Shown here: positions 50,948-59,587 of the stretch, piece by piece
Layout of the letters: each line of letters begins with the position of its first letter
Numbering within the stretch: position 1 is the stretch's first letter
Assembly (NCBI GenBank): GCA_965223005.1
Contig: CBDCVK010000008.1
Location: 32,001 to 96,000, forward strand
Source of the DNA: Terriglobia bacterium
GTDB taxonomy: Bacteria > Acidobacteriota > Terriglobia > JAJPHL01 > JAPKYU01
Length of the DNA: 64,000 nucleotides
Reading direction: 5' to 3'
The notes under the pieces: generated by a model
What the model saw: only the letters and a program-made list of their open reading frames with translations
Databases searched by the model: none
What the model was told of the DNA's origin: nothing
Position numbers and translations under genes: made by a program

Positions 50948-53209
50948 ATGAAAGTCTCTAACGCACGTTGGAAAGAACGGCTTGCCGGGAAGATGCCGGA
51001 TAGCTTGGCCCGCGAAGTGGACATCTTCGAAACGGAGATAGATTTGCGAAGACAGGGCAAAGTGGAAGAAAAACTCTTTGCGGAAACTCGGCTTCGCAGA
51101 GGTGTCTACGGACAACGCTATGACAACGGCCACCGGCACGATGGGCAGAAAGTCCAGGATCTCGCCTATCCTTCCAGACAACTGACCAAGGGCCCGAATA
51201 CGGTGTGGGATGCTCCCGGAATGCAGCGCATCAAGGTCCCTTATGGAGGACTTAATGCAGAGCAACTAGAGACTCTGGCGGATTTGGCCGAGGAATATTC
51301 CGATGGCATTGCGCATGTCACGACCCGGCAGGACTTCCAACTCCACTATGTCCAGATTGACGATACGCCCGCTTTGATGCGGCGGCTGGCCGCGGTCAAG
51401 ATCACCACCCGCGAGGCTTGTGGCAACTCGGTGCGCAATGTGACCGCTTGCCCCTACGCCGGCGTTTGCCCGGACGAGGCGTTCGACGTCACCCCGTATG
51501 CCCGCGCCCTTTCCCGATTCTTGCTGGGACATCCCGACGCGCAGAACTTCGGCAGGAAGTTCAAGCCGGCCTTCAGCGGCTGCCGGGACCAAGGCTGTGG
51601 CCTTACCAACATGCACGATCTGGGGTTGATCGCAGTCAAACGGAACGGTGGCGGAAAAGAAGAACGCGGATTTGAAATGTACGTCGGCGGTGGATTGGGG
51701 GCCGTTCCCTATCAGGCGAAGCTGTTTGACTCCTTCCTGCGGCCGGAGGAGCTTCTGCCGACAGCTCAGGCAATTGCCAGGGTCTTCGCGCGACAGGGGG
51801 AGAAGAAAAACCGCAATCGGGCCCGTATCAAATTCCTGGTCCATGACCTGGGGATTGAGAAATTCAAGGAGCTGGTGCTCGAGGAGCGCAAGAATCTGCC
51901 TCCGGATGCCCGATGGAACGATTCCCTGGAGGGCGCTGAGCAGGAGTCGGAAGGAGCTCTCCGACCCGGAGGGAAACTGCCGGCCGGAGGCTCGGAAGAC
52001 TTCCGGCGCTGGGTGGAAACCAATACTCGCCGGCAGAAGCAGGAGGGATATGTCGTGGCCACGGTGGCGCTTCCCCTGGGAGATCTCACCTCGCTACAAC
52101 TCCGTGCTTTGGCCGACATCGTCCGCCGGTTCACAAAAGAAACCATCCGCACGACTGTGGAACAGAATTTCGTTCTCCGCTGGATCAGTCAAAGCGATTT
52201 GCCCGGACTCTATCGAGCATTAAAGGAGGCCGGCCTGGCAGAGCCGGGCGCGGGCACCCTCGTGGACATTGTCGCCTGCCCCGGCACCGATACCTGCAAA
52301 CTCGGGATTTCCTCCTCGCGCGGGCTGGCCGCCGAGTTGCGGAAACGACTGGCCGAGAAATGCTTTCAACTGGATGAGGCCGTTCAAAGCCTACACATCA
52401 AAGTCAGCGGCTGCTTTAACAGCTGCGGGCAGCACCACGTCGCCGACCTGGGCTTTTACGGCGTCAGCCGCAAGCTGGCGGGCCATGCCGTACCGCACTT
52501 TCAGGTCGTTCTCGGCGGTGAGTGGACCCACAATGCCGGCTCCTATGGCCTGGCCATTGTAGCGATCCCCTCCAGAAGAATTCCGGAAGTGGTCACCCGC
52601 ATTACCGAACGCTATGTCTCCGGCCGAAAGAACGGAGAAGGCTTTCAGGAGTTCATTAAGCGAATCGGCAAGGCGGAATTAAAGAAAATGCTGGAAGATC
52701 TTGCCCAGCCACTCGACCCGGCGACCGATCGCTCCTTTTTCCAGGACTGGGGTGACCCCCGGGAGTACAGCCTGGGCGACCTCGGCATCGGCGAATGCGC
52801 CGGGGAGGTGGTGAGCTCTATCGAGTTCGGCCTGGCGGCCGCAGAACGCGAAGTCTTCGAGGCGCAGGTGGCGCTGGAAAGTGGCGAAACGGAGAAGGCC
52901 AGAGAGACGGCGTATCAATCCATGCTCCATGCTGCCAAAGCACTCGTCCGAATCGAGTACCTGGATGTTTCCGACGACTCGGATAAGATTGTCCAGCAAT
53001 TCCGCACCCGCTTCTACGACACGCAGAAGTTCTTCGATCCTTTTGCCGGCGGTAAGTTCGCCCACTACCTGTTTGCCGCTCACCGAAAGGCCGAGGATCC
53101 ATACACGCCGGAGGCCACCCACCACTTGATCGAGGAGGCGCAACTGTTCATCGAGGCTTCGCACAGTTGCTACAGCCGCATGGCCACCCCGGCTGGCGCC
53201 AGGGCGTAG
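50948..53209 (+). CDS. Siroheme nitrite/sulfite reductase (probably assimilatory sulfite reductase) with C-terminal HEPN-like extension
   Basis: GVYGQR, HVTTRQDFQ, ACGNSVRN, CPGTDTC...SGCFNSCGQH ligands; the Cys leader favours sulfite. Confidence 0.88.
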   Translation: MKVSNARWKERLAGKMPDSLAREVDIFETEIDLRRQGKVEEKLFAETRLRRGVYGQRYDNGHRHDGQKVQDLAYPSRQLTKGPNTVWDAPGMQRIKVPYGGLNAEQLETLADLAEEYSDGIAHVTTRQDFQLHYVQIDDTPALMRRLAAVKITTREACGNSVRNVTACPYAGVCPDEAFDVTPYARALSRFLLGHPDAQNFGRKFKPAFSGCRDQGCGLTNMHDLGLIAVKRNGGGKEERGFEMYVGGGLGAVPYQAKLFDSFLRPEELLPTAQAIARVFARQGEKKNRNRARIKFLVHDLGIEKFKELVLEERKNLPPDARWNDSLEGAEQESEGALRPGGKLPAGGSEDFRRWVETNTRRQKQEGYVVATVALPLGDLTSLQLRALADIVRRFTKETIRTTVEQNFVLRWISQSDLPGLYRALKEAGLAEPGAGTLVDIVACPGTDTCKLGISSSRGLAAELRKRLAEKCFQLDEAVQSLHIKVSGCFNSCGQHHVADLGFYGVSRKLAGHAVPHFQVVLGGEWTHNAGSYGLAIVAIPSRRIPEVVTRITERYVSGRKNGEGFQEFIKRIGKAELKKMLEDLAQPLDPATDRSFFQDWGDPREYSLGDLGIGECAGEVVSSIEFGLAAAEREVFEAQVALESGETEKARETAYQSMLHAAKALVRIEYLDVSDDSDKIVQQFRTRFYDTQKFFDPFAGGKFAHYLFAAHRKAEDPYTPEATHHLIEEAQLFIEASHSCYSRMATPAGARA

Positions 53210-53234
53210 CCAGGGCGCTAGCGAAGATGCCCTT

Positions 53235-53810
53235 ATGGAACTCCAGCACGTCAACGTAAAGCTCTACGTGGAGAATCCAAAGGGAACTGACCTAGAGGTG
53301 TTGATTCCAGTCTTTCACAACTGGATCCAGGATCAGGTGTGTGAGGAATTGTTGATCGATGTGGCCGATTACCGGCACGTTCATCGGGGTCCGGGAGTGG
53401 TCCTGATCGGCCATGAAGCCAATTACAGTCTGGACAATGCAGATAACCGGCTGGGCGTTCGCTACAATCGCAAGGCTCCCATAGCCGGCAGCAATCAAGA
53501 CCGCTTCGTGCAAGCCACCCGGGCGGCGCTGACCGCCTACAGACGTCTAGATTCCGATCCGCGGATTCAGGGAAAATTTCTTCTGAACGGTCAGGAGCTG
53601 GAGCTATTTGTGAACGACCGACTGCTGGCTCCGAACCTTGAGAAAACCTACCAGGCTGCGAAGCCGGAACTGGAAGGCTTTTTCGGGAAACTCTTTGCGG
53701 GAAGCGGTTACTCGGTGGCGCACAATGGCCACCCTCGGAATCTGTTCTCGGTCGAAGTCCAGGCTTCCAGGCCCTTCACAGCAAGCGAATTGCTCAAGAA
53801 CCTATCCTGA
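53235..53810 (+). CDS. Hypothetical protein likely co-transcribed with the reductase
   Basis: 25 bp downstream; motif-like VFHNWIQ..LIDVADY.HV..GPGVVLIGH, NDRLLAPN. Confidence 0.75.
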   Translation: MELQHVNVKLYVENPKGTDLEVLIPVFHNWIQDQVCEELLIDVADYRHVHRGPGVVLIGHEANYSLDNADNRLGVRYNRKAPIAGSNQDRFVQATRAALTAYRRLDSDPRIQGKFLLNGQELELFVNDRLLAPNLEKTYQAAKPELEGFFGKLFAGSGYSVAHNGHPRNLFSVEVQASRPFTASELLKNLS

Positions 53811-53925
53811 CCATTTGACGCACGCCCTCAAAGATTCTCCACGGCGTGAATGGTCTTGTGGTCCCTCGTCAATTCGGGATGCCAAACAGGAAACGCCATT
53901 GGCGATCGGACCTTGAGTCAACTGC

Positions 53926-54591
53926 TCAAGGCTTACGAACGACAACGCAAAAGCGTTGCTCAGGCCAAGACCACCAGGTATCTATGGTGTGCTCAAGTTG
54001 GAACCCTGCGTCTCTGAGCTCCTGGATGAGAACATCCATGGGCATACCATGTCCGCCACGGTTTTCCGGCACTCCATCCGGTGTCGAGAGCCAGAATCGC
54101 CAAACGCGCGGCTCAAAGTCGATGACCGCAAGCTGGCCACCGTCACGAAGCGCTTCGTAGGCACTACGGTTCATCGCCGTGGGATCAGTGAAGTGATGAT
54201 AGACCTTCGACATGAAAATCGCGTCACAGCATGCCGCCGGCAGATTCGTGTCCGCCTCCTCACCGCCAACGACGGTCATGTTCGCAAAGCCGGCTGACGC
54301 AATATTGTTCCGAAGCTCTTCTAGGATAGATCCTTCCAGCTCTGTAGCGTAGACGTGACCAGCGGGGCCCACGTGCTCGGCCACCCGGATAGTCATTCGG
54401 CCTTTGCCAGCACCGATTTCCGCTACTGTGGTGCCGGGCTCTAACTCCAGCAACTCGATCAAGCGCGTCACCTCAGGGCGGGGATAAGCATCGCGGTAAG
54501 CGCCTATCGCATAGAGTCCTCCGGCCAGAGCGACCAGCAGCAACAGCGGCCATCTCAGCTTCTTTAGGATGTGTGCAGGTTGAACTCTCAT
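53926..54591 (-). CDS. Membrane-anchored class I SAM-dependent methyltransferase
   Basis: VAEIGAGKG, VGPAGHVYATE, VYHH; N-terminal TM. Confidence 0.85.
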   Translation of the reverse strand: MRVQPAHILKKLRWPLLLLVALAGGLYAIGAYRDAYPRPEVTRLIELLELEPGTTVAEIGAGKGRMTIRVAEHVGPAGHVYATELEGSILEELRNNIASAGFANMTVVGGEEADTNLPAACCDAIFMSKVYHHFTDPTAMNRSAYEALRDGGQLAVIDFEPRVWRFWLSTPDGVPENRGGHGMPMDVLIQELRDAGFQLEHTIDTWWSWPEQRFCVVVRKP

Positions 54592-54668
54592 CGGCGGCGA
54601 CTGGACTTCGAGCGACCTGAGCTATCGTTCGACGTTGGAGCTCCCCGACGGCTCGCTTCTGACGGACC

Positions 54669-56405
54669 TCAAATGACCGGGGTCTCCCGGTACGTGCCCC
54701 AGATCTGCCTGAGCGTCTCCACGATATCGCCCATGGTGGCGCCCGTCTTCACCAGCTCGATCGTGGTTGGCATGATATTTTGGTTCTCGTCCCTGGCCAC
54801 CCGCTGCAACTCCTCTAAGAGCTGCGCAACCTTCTGATTGTCGCGCTCGCAACGAACCTTTTGAAGGGCCTGGAACTGGCGGCGCTCGGTTTCTGGATCA
54901 TAGGGATGGGCGTCAAGATCCAGCTTCTCATCTTTCTCTACATGTTTATTGACACCAATGACGTTGTGCTCACCCCGGGCTTTTTTCAGTGCCGTCCGAT
55001 AGGCCGTGTCGGCGATTTCTCGCTGGAACCAACCATCCTCGATCGCCTGAATCGCGCCACCCATGGCGTCCACTTTGTCCAGGATCGTGAAAATTTCCCG
55101 TTCCATTTGTGTGGTCAGGCTCTCCACAAAGTAAGAGCCCCCCAAAGGGTCGACCACCGAGGTGATGTTGGTCTCGTCGGCAATGACCTGCTGCGTTCGC
55201 AAAGCCAGCTTCATCGCCTCCTCGGTGGGGATGGTGAACGCTTCGTCGAATCCATTTGTATGCAGACTTTGCGCACCCCCCAGAACGCCAGCCAGCGCCT
55301 GGAAGGCAGTACGGAGCAGATTGACTTTGTACTGCGGCTTGGTGAGCGTGGCTGCCGAAGTCTGGCAGTGGAAGCGCAGCCGCATGGACTCGGGCTTCTT
55401 TGCGCCGAAGCGTTCCCTCATGATCTTGGCGTACACGCGGCGCAGCGCACGGAACTTGGCGATCTCTTCAAAAAAATCCGCCTGGCTGACAAAGTAGAAC
55501 GAGAGCCGCGGCGCGAAGCTGTCCACGTCCACTCCGGCTTTGATCACCTCCTCCACGTAGGCTACGGCGTTCGCCAGGGTGAAACCACTTTCCTGCACCG
55601 CGTTGGCCCCGGCCTCGGAGATGTGGTAACCGGAGATGTTGATCGGGTTGTAGCGCGGCAGGTGGCGGGTGCTGTACACAATGGTGTCCCGCACAACGCG
55701 CATCGAGGGACGAACAGGATAAATCCACTCTTTCTGGGCCACATACTCCTTCAGGATGTCGTTCTGGATGGTCCCGGAGAGCTGGCCTGGGTCATAGCCG
55801 TGCTTTTCCGCCAGCGCGATGTACATGGCGAAGAGGATCCAGGCCGTAGGGTTGATGGTCATGGACACCGAAATCTGGGTAAGATCAATCCCCTCGAACA
55901 GAGCCTCCATGTCGGCCAGTGTGTCAATGGCCACACCCTCGCGTCCCACCTCTCCATGCGACATCGGGTGATCGGAGTCGTAGCCCATGAGAGTCGGCAT
56001 GTCGAAATCGGTCGAAAGGCCTGTCTGCCCTTGCGAGATCAGGTACTGGAACCGGGCATTCGTATCCGCACCCGTGCCGTAGCCGGCGATCTGCCGCATG
56101 GTCCACAGGCGACCTCGGTACATGGTCGGATAGGGTCCACGGGTGAAGGGGTATTGTCCCGGCAACCCGATGTCTTCGAGTGAAGTTTCCTTGAGATCCA
56201 GGGCAGTGTAGACCCGCTGGAGGGGCGACCCGGCCAGAGTCCGGTACTCAGCGCGGCTTTCCGGCTGGCGCTTCAGAAAAGCCGCAAGCTCGCCCTCCTC
56301 CCACCCGCGCACGCGATCCTCCCACCGCGCGATTTCCGCCGCTGCCTTAGCGTCTTTGCTGTCGGCTACAGCGCGCCTATCTTTGCGGTCTTCCTTGCCT
56401 GCCAT
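54669..56405 (-). CDS. hcmA: B12-dependent acyl-CoA mutase large subunit, 2-hydroxyisobutyryl-CoA mutase type
   Basis: PFTRGPYPTMY, TMRQIAG (Ile where MCM has Tyr), STDFD (Asp 27 residues later), GTIQNDILKE, GYHISE. Confidence 0.82.
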   Translation of the reverse strand: MAGKEDRKDRRAVADSKDAKAAAEIARWEDRVRGWEEGELAAFLKRQPESRAEYRTLAGSPLQRVYTALDLKETSLEDIGLPGQYPFTRGPYPTMYRGRLWTMRQIAGYGTGADTNARFQYLISQGQTGLSTDFDMPTLMGYDSDHPMSHGEVGREGVAIDTLADMEALFEGIDLTQISVSMTINPTAWILFAMYIALAEKHGYDPGQLSGTIQNDILKEYVAQKEWIYPVRPSMRVVRDTIVYSTRHLPRYNPINISGYHISEAGANAVQESGFTLANAVAYVEEVIKAGVDVDSFAPRLSFYFVSQADFFEEIAKFRALRRVYAKIMRERFGAKKPESMRLRFHCQTSAATLTKPQYKVNLLRTAFQALAGVLGGAQSLHTNGFDEAFTIPTEEAMKLALRTQQVIADETNITSVVDPLGGSYFVESLTTQMEREIFTILDKVDAMGGAIQAIEDGWFQREIADTAYRTALKKARGEHNVIGVNKHVEKDEKLDLDAHPYDPETERRQFQALQKVRCERDNQKVAQLLEELQRVARDENQNIMPTTIELVKTGATMGDIVETLRQIWGTYRETPVI

Positions 56406-56603
56406 GGCTTCACCCTCGTTTCCGATCACTAGCTCGACACCATCCCCCAACTCCAGCCCGCGCCCGCAATGTTCGTGCAAGTAATAACGCTACCGGGGAC
56501 TTGAGTCAGACAAAAAGTTTAGCCACTACCTGCAGATCATTGTCCCGTAGGAAGGCACGATCCATCACGCCTGCGAGTGCCGGAACGGATCCCGCACGCC
56601 GAT

Positions 56604-58025
56604 TCACCCGGTTTGACTTTCATATTTTCGAAACAGGTCGCGGTCGTCGATGACGCGCCGTGCTTTGAAGTCGGTCCGCGCAATGGTGTTGGCCTGCACC
56701 ACATCCACCTTCGCCCGGACCCCCAGGACCCGCTGCAAGTCGCGTTCCGTCTGCTTGCGAAAACCCGCTACCGCTTGGTCCCCTTGCTCGTAAATCGATG
56801 GCTGAACCTCGACTCGCACCACCAACTCGTCCATCGAGGTTTCCCGAGTAATGACGATGCGGTGCTCGCCGCCGTATCCCGGCAGTTCGTTGAGCACGGC
56901 GTCGATGGCGCTGGGATAAATGTTCTCGCCGCGAATGGTAAACATGTCGTCAATTCGCCCATACATACCGCGGGGCAGCTGCGGGTAGGTTCGCCCGCAC
57001 GGCGTTCGCCCGTCCACCCACCGGGTAAGATCCCCGGACAGCAGGCGGATCATCGGCTGCGAGGTGCGTTCCAAGTGCGTATAGACAGGAGTGCCTTCCT
57101 CGCCGTAAGGAACGCGGCGAAGGTTCTTGGGGTCACACACCTCGGTGTAAACAAAGTCTTGCCACAGGAGCATGCCTTCGTGACTCTCCCAGCTTCCCGC
57201 GCCGTTCATCCAGGGCGTCAGTTCAGCCATCGTACCGCAGTCGATCACTCGGGCCCCATAAACGTCCTCGATGCGTTTGCGAATGCCGGGAATCGAGGCT
57301 CCTGGCTCACCCGAGAAGAACATCAACTTCAGCCGAAAATCGAGCGGATTGTAGCCCTCCTCCTCAGCCACCTCGGCGAGGTGCAAGGCGTAGGAGGGCG
57401 TGCCGTAGAAAGCGGTCGGCTTCACCAGCTTCATCCACATCGCCGCCCGAGCCGTCATCCCTGGCACACCCGCCCCGAACGGGAAACACTTCGCCCTCAG
57501 CCGCTCCGCCCCCGCTAGCGTGCCCCATGAGCCCATGTACAGGCTGAATACACCAGCAATGAACACCGTGTCGCCCGGGCGAATGCCCATCCCCCACATC
57601 ACCCGAGCCTGGGCGTTGGCGATGGCGTCCCAGTCGCTACGGCCGATAGCGAAGGCGGTGGGCCGACCGGTCGTACCTGACGTCCCATGGATGTGATGGA
57701 TTTCTGACTCCGGGATGCATAGAAAATCACCGAACGGCGCGGCGCGCTCCTGGGATTCTCTGAGCTCTGTCTTGGTGACAACCGGCACGCGCTCGAAATC
57801 CTCGAGGCTTTGAATGCGGTCCGGATGGACGCCGGCTTCATCCCATTTTTGCCTGTAGAAGGGCGCCTTTCCGTAAGCGTAGTGCATGACCTGCCGGATG
57901 CGCCCGAGGATCGCCTGTTCCCGCTCCTGCGGATCCATCGTTTCCCGCACGGGAAACCAATACCGGTTCCCCAGCTCAGGAATATAGTGGGGATCATATT
58001 GCGGCGGAAAGGACCAGTATTCCAT
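56604..58025 (-). CDS. Phenylacetate-CoA ligase family protein (probable 2-hydroxyisobutyrate-CoA ligase)
   Basis: GTSGTTGRP, TPSY, SGEP, GDL, GRIDD..RGENIYP; lies between the mutase subunits. Confidence 0.85.
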   Translation of the reverse strand: MEYWSFPPQYDPHYIPELGNRYWFPVRETMDPQEREQAILGRIRQVMHYAYGKAPFYRQKWDEAGVHPDRIQSLEDFERVPVVTKTELRESQERAAPFGDFLCIPESEIHHIHGTSGTTGRPTAFAIGRSDWDAIANAQARVMWGMGIRPGDTVFIAGVFSLYMGSWGTLAGAERLRAKCFPFGAGVPGMTARAAMWMKLVKPTAFYGTPSYALHLAEVAEEEGYNPLDFRLKLMFFSGEPGASIPGIRKRIEDVYGARVIDCGTMAELTPWMNGAGSWESHEGMLLWQDFVYTEVCDPKNLRRVPYGEEGTPVYTHLERTSQPMIRLLSGDLTRWVDGRTPCGRTYPQLPRGMYGRIDDMFTIRGENIYPSAIDAVLNELPGYGGEHRIVITRETSMDELVVRVEVQPSIYEQGDQAVAGFRKQTERDLQRVLGVRAKVDVVQANTIARTDFKARRVIDDRDLFRKYESQTG

Positions 58026-58062
58026 TCCTTGTCTACCGTGTGGAGGCTTCCAAAGACAGCCC

Positions 58063-58461
58063 TCAACGCGGGAGGCGCTCCGCGACCAGACGCCGGACCG
58101 TGTTGACAATTGTCTCGGGCGGCGTATCCTGGAGCAGGACTTCCGCCACCCCCATTTTCTTGAGCGCTGTCAAGTCCCCTTCCGACATAACGCCGCCCGC
58201 CACAAGGATGATGTCCTGCGCCTTTCTGGCCTTCAGCAGGTCGAGGATCCGTGTCAGGATCGTCATGTGCGCCCCGGACAGTACGCTGACGCCCAGCACG
58301 TCCACGTCCTCCTGAATCGCCGCGGAGACCACCTCTTCGGGCGTTCGGTGCAGCCCCGTGTAAATCACTTCCATACCGGCGTCTCGAAGGCAGCGGGCAA
58401 CGATCTTCACTCCGCGATCGTGACCGTCAAGCCCCACTTTGGCGATTAGGACGCGGATCAC
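58063..58461 (-). CDS. hcmB: Cobalamin-binding mutase small subunit
   Basis: GLDGHDRG (DxHxxG), SVLSGAH, AGG. Confidence 0.85.
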   Translation of the reverse strand: MIRVLIAKVGLDGHDRGVKIVARCLRDAGMEVIYTGLHRTPEEVVSAAIQEDVDVLGVSVLSGAHMTILTRILDLLKARKAQDIILVAGGVMSEGDLTALKKMGVAEVLLQDTPPETIVNTVRRLVAERLPR

Positions 58462-58759
58462 ATCAGTCTCTGGAGTGTTTCATCACGCTGCACAACGGTT
58501 CTTTTGCGCGCAAACGACCCGAAAGGGCCGAATTGCTGGCAAAGCTCCATCGAACGCAAGCTCCTGAAGCCCTTTTTACAATCGCGAGGCAATAGACGCG
58601 CAAGCATCCGTTTCACCGGTGCCATCCAAACTCTATGCGAACTACATCCTCAACCCCTTGGGGGGTCTGGTCAATAGCAAATGTTGCCCATATGATCCGC
58701 ACACCACATTGGATGTACATGGTCCAGGTTCTATCTCTGTCTAGGCGTCGTCTTTCGAG

Positions 58760-59047
58760 AACGCGGCACGAAAGGGGCCGGGCCTTGCTTCGGCTCCCTC
58801 CGGACTTCGTGGTACACTCATCGAGGCATACGTTGCTGACCGTTTGGGCGAAGCTGGGGCGGACGCCTTTACAATCACGCGGATCGCGGGACACAGCAGG
58901 TCGGCCAAATTTCAGAGGTACGTACACCCCAGCCCGGAATCGCTTGAAGGCGCCTTCGCCCGGCTACATGCTCCGACCGAAAGGGCCACCAAGGGCTATC
59001 TGAGGCGTAGGAACTGCAGCTACCCGCTACAGTTTTCACTACAGTAG
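58760..59047 (+). pseudogene. Frameshifted tyrosine-integrase C-terminal remnant
   Basis: PPDFVVHSSRHT (HxxR), frameshift, GEAGADAFTITRIAGHS....RYVHP. Confidence 0.8.
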
Positions 59048-59095
59048 GGGAAGGGGCAGAAAGCACGCTCAGCTAAGTGCCTTGTTTTGAAGCTT

Positions 59096-59182
59096 GCGGA
59101 AGTGGCGGAACGGCAGACGCAGCGGACTCAAAATCCGCCGCCCCTCGCGGGCATGAGGGTTCAAATCCCTCCTTCCGCACCA
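59096..59182 (+). tRNA. tRNA-Leu(CAA)
   Basis: GCGGAAG/CTTCCGC-A-CCA acceptor, gcgga-ctCAAaa-tccgc, long variable arm, GGTTCAAATCC. Confidence 0.95.
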
Positions 59183-59346
59183 AATTTCATATGGGTTAGT
59201 GGAAGCCCTTCAGAAGCAACGCGGACTTCCCTCACCGCGGGTCACCAAGCTGAGGCGGTCGAGTGTCTGGTACCCGAAACTCGCACGTCTACTCGCACCT
59301 ACACATTTGTGGAAAAACCGGACTGGCCCCAAGTGATTGAGGAAGT

Positions 59347-59422
59347 TGGTGGCGGCGGTGCGACTCGAACGCACGACCTAGGGATTATGAGACCCTCGCT
59401 CTGCCGACTGAGCTACGCCGCC
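59347..59422 (-). tRNA. tRNA with CAT anticodon (elongator Met most likely; Ile2 not excluded)
   Basis: GGCGGCG/CGCCGCC-A-CCA acceptor, anticodon loop CTCATAA, paired 1:72 so not an initiator. Confidence 0.9.
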
Positions 59423-59587
59423 TGCAGGGAGTCGGCTTAACACCCTTCATACCTATGCTAGCGGAGACGAACCCGAGGTGTCAAAGGACTGCCGGCACGC
59501 AGCCGCTCCTGCCGCGAGAGGCCGGCAGTCGAACCCGAGAAGGGCAAAGGAGCCGAACCCTTGCCGCCGCTGCCCCTTGTTCCGGCG

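Noticed and set aside
54669-56405. Methylmalonyl-CoA or isobutyryl-CoA mutase
   Set aside because: The specificity residue is Ile, not Tyr or Phe, and Asp occupies the HcmA-117 position.
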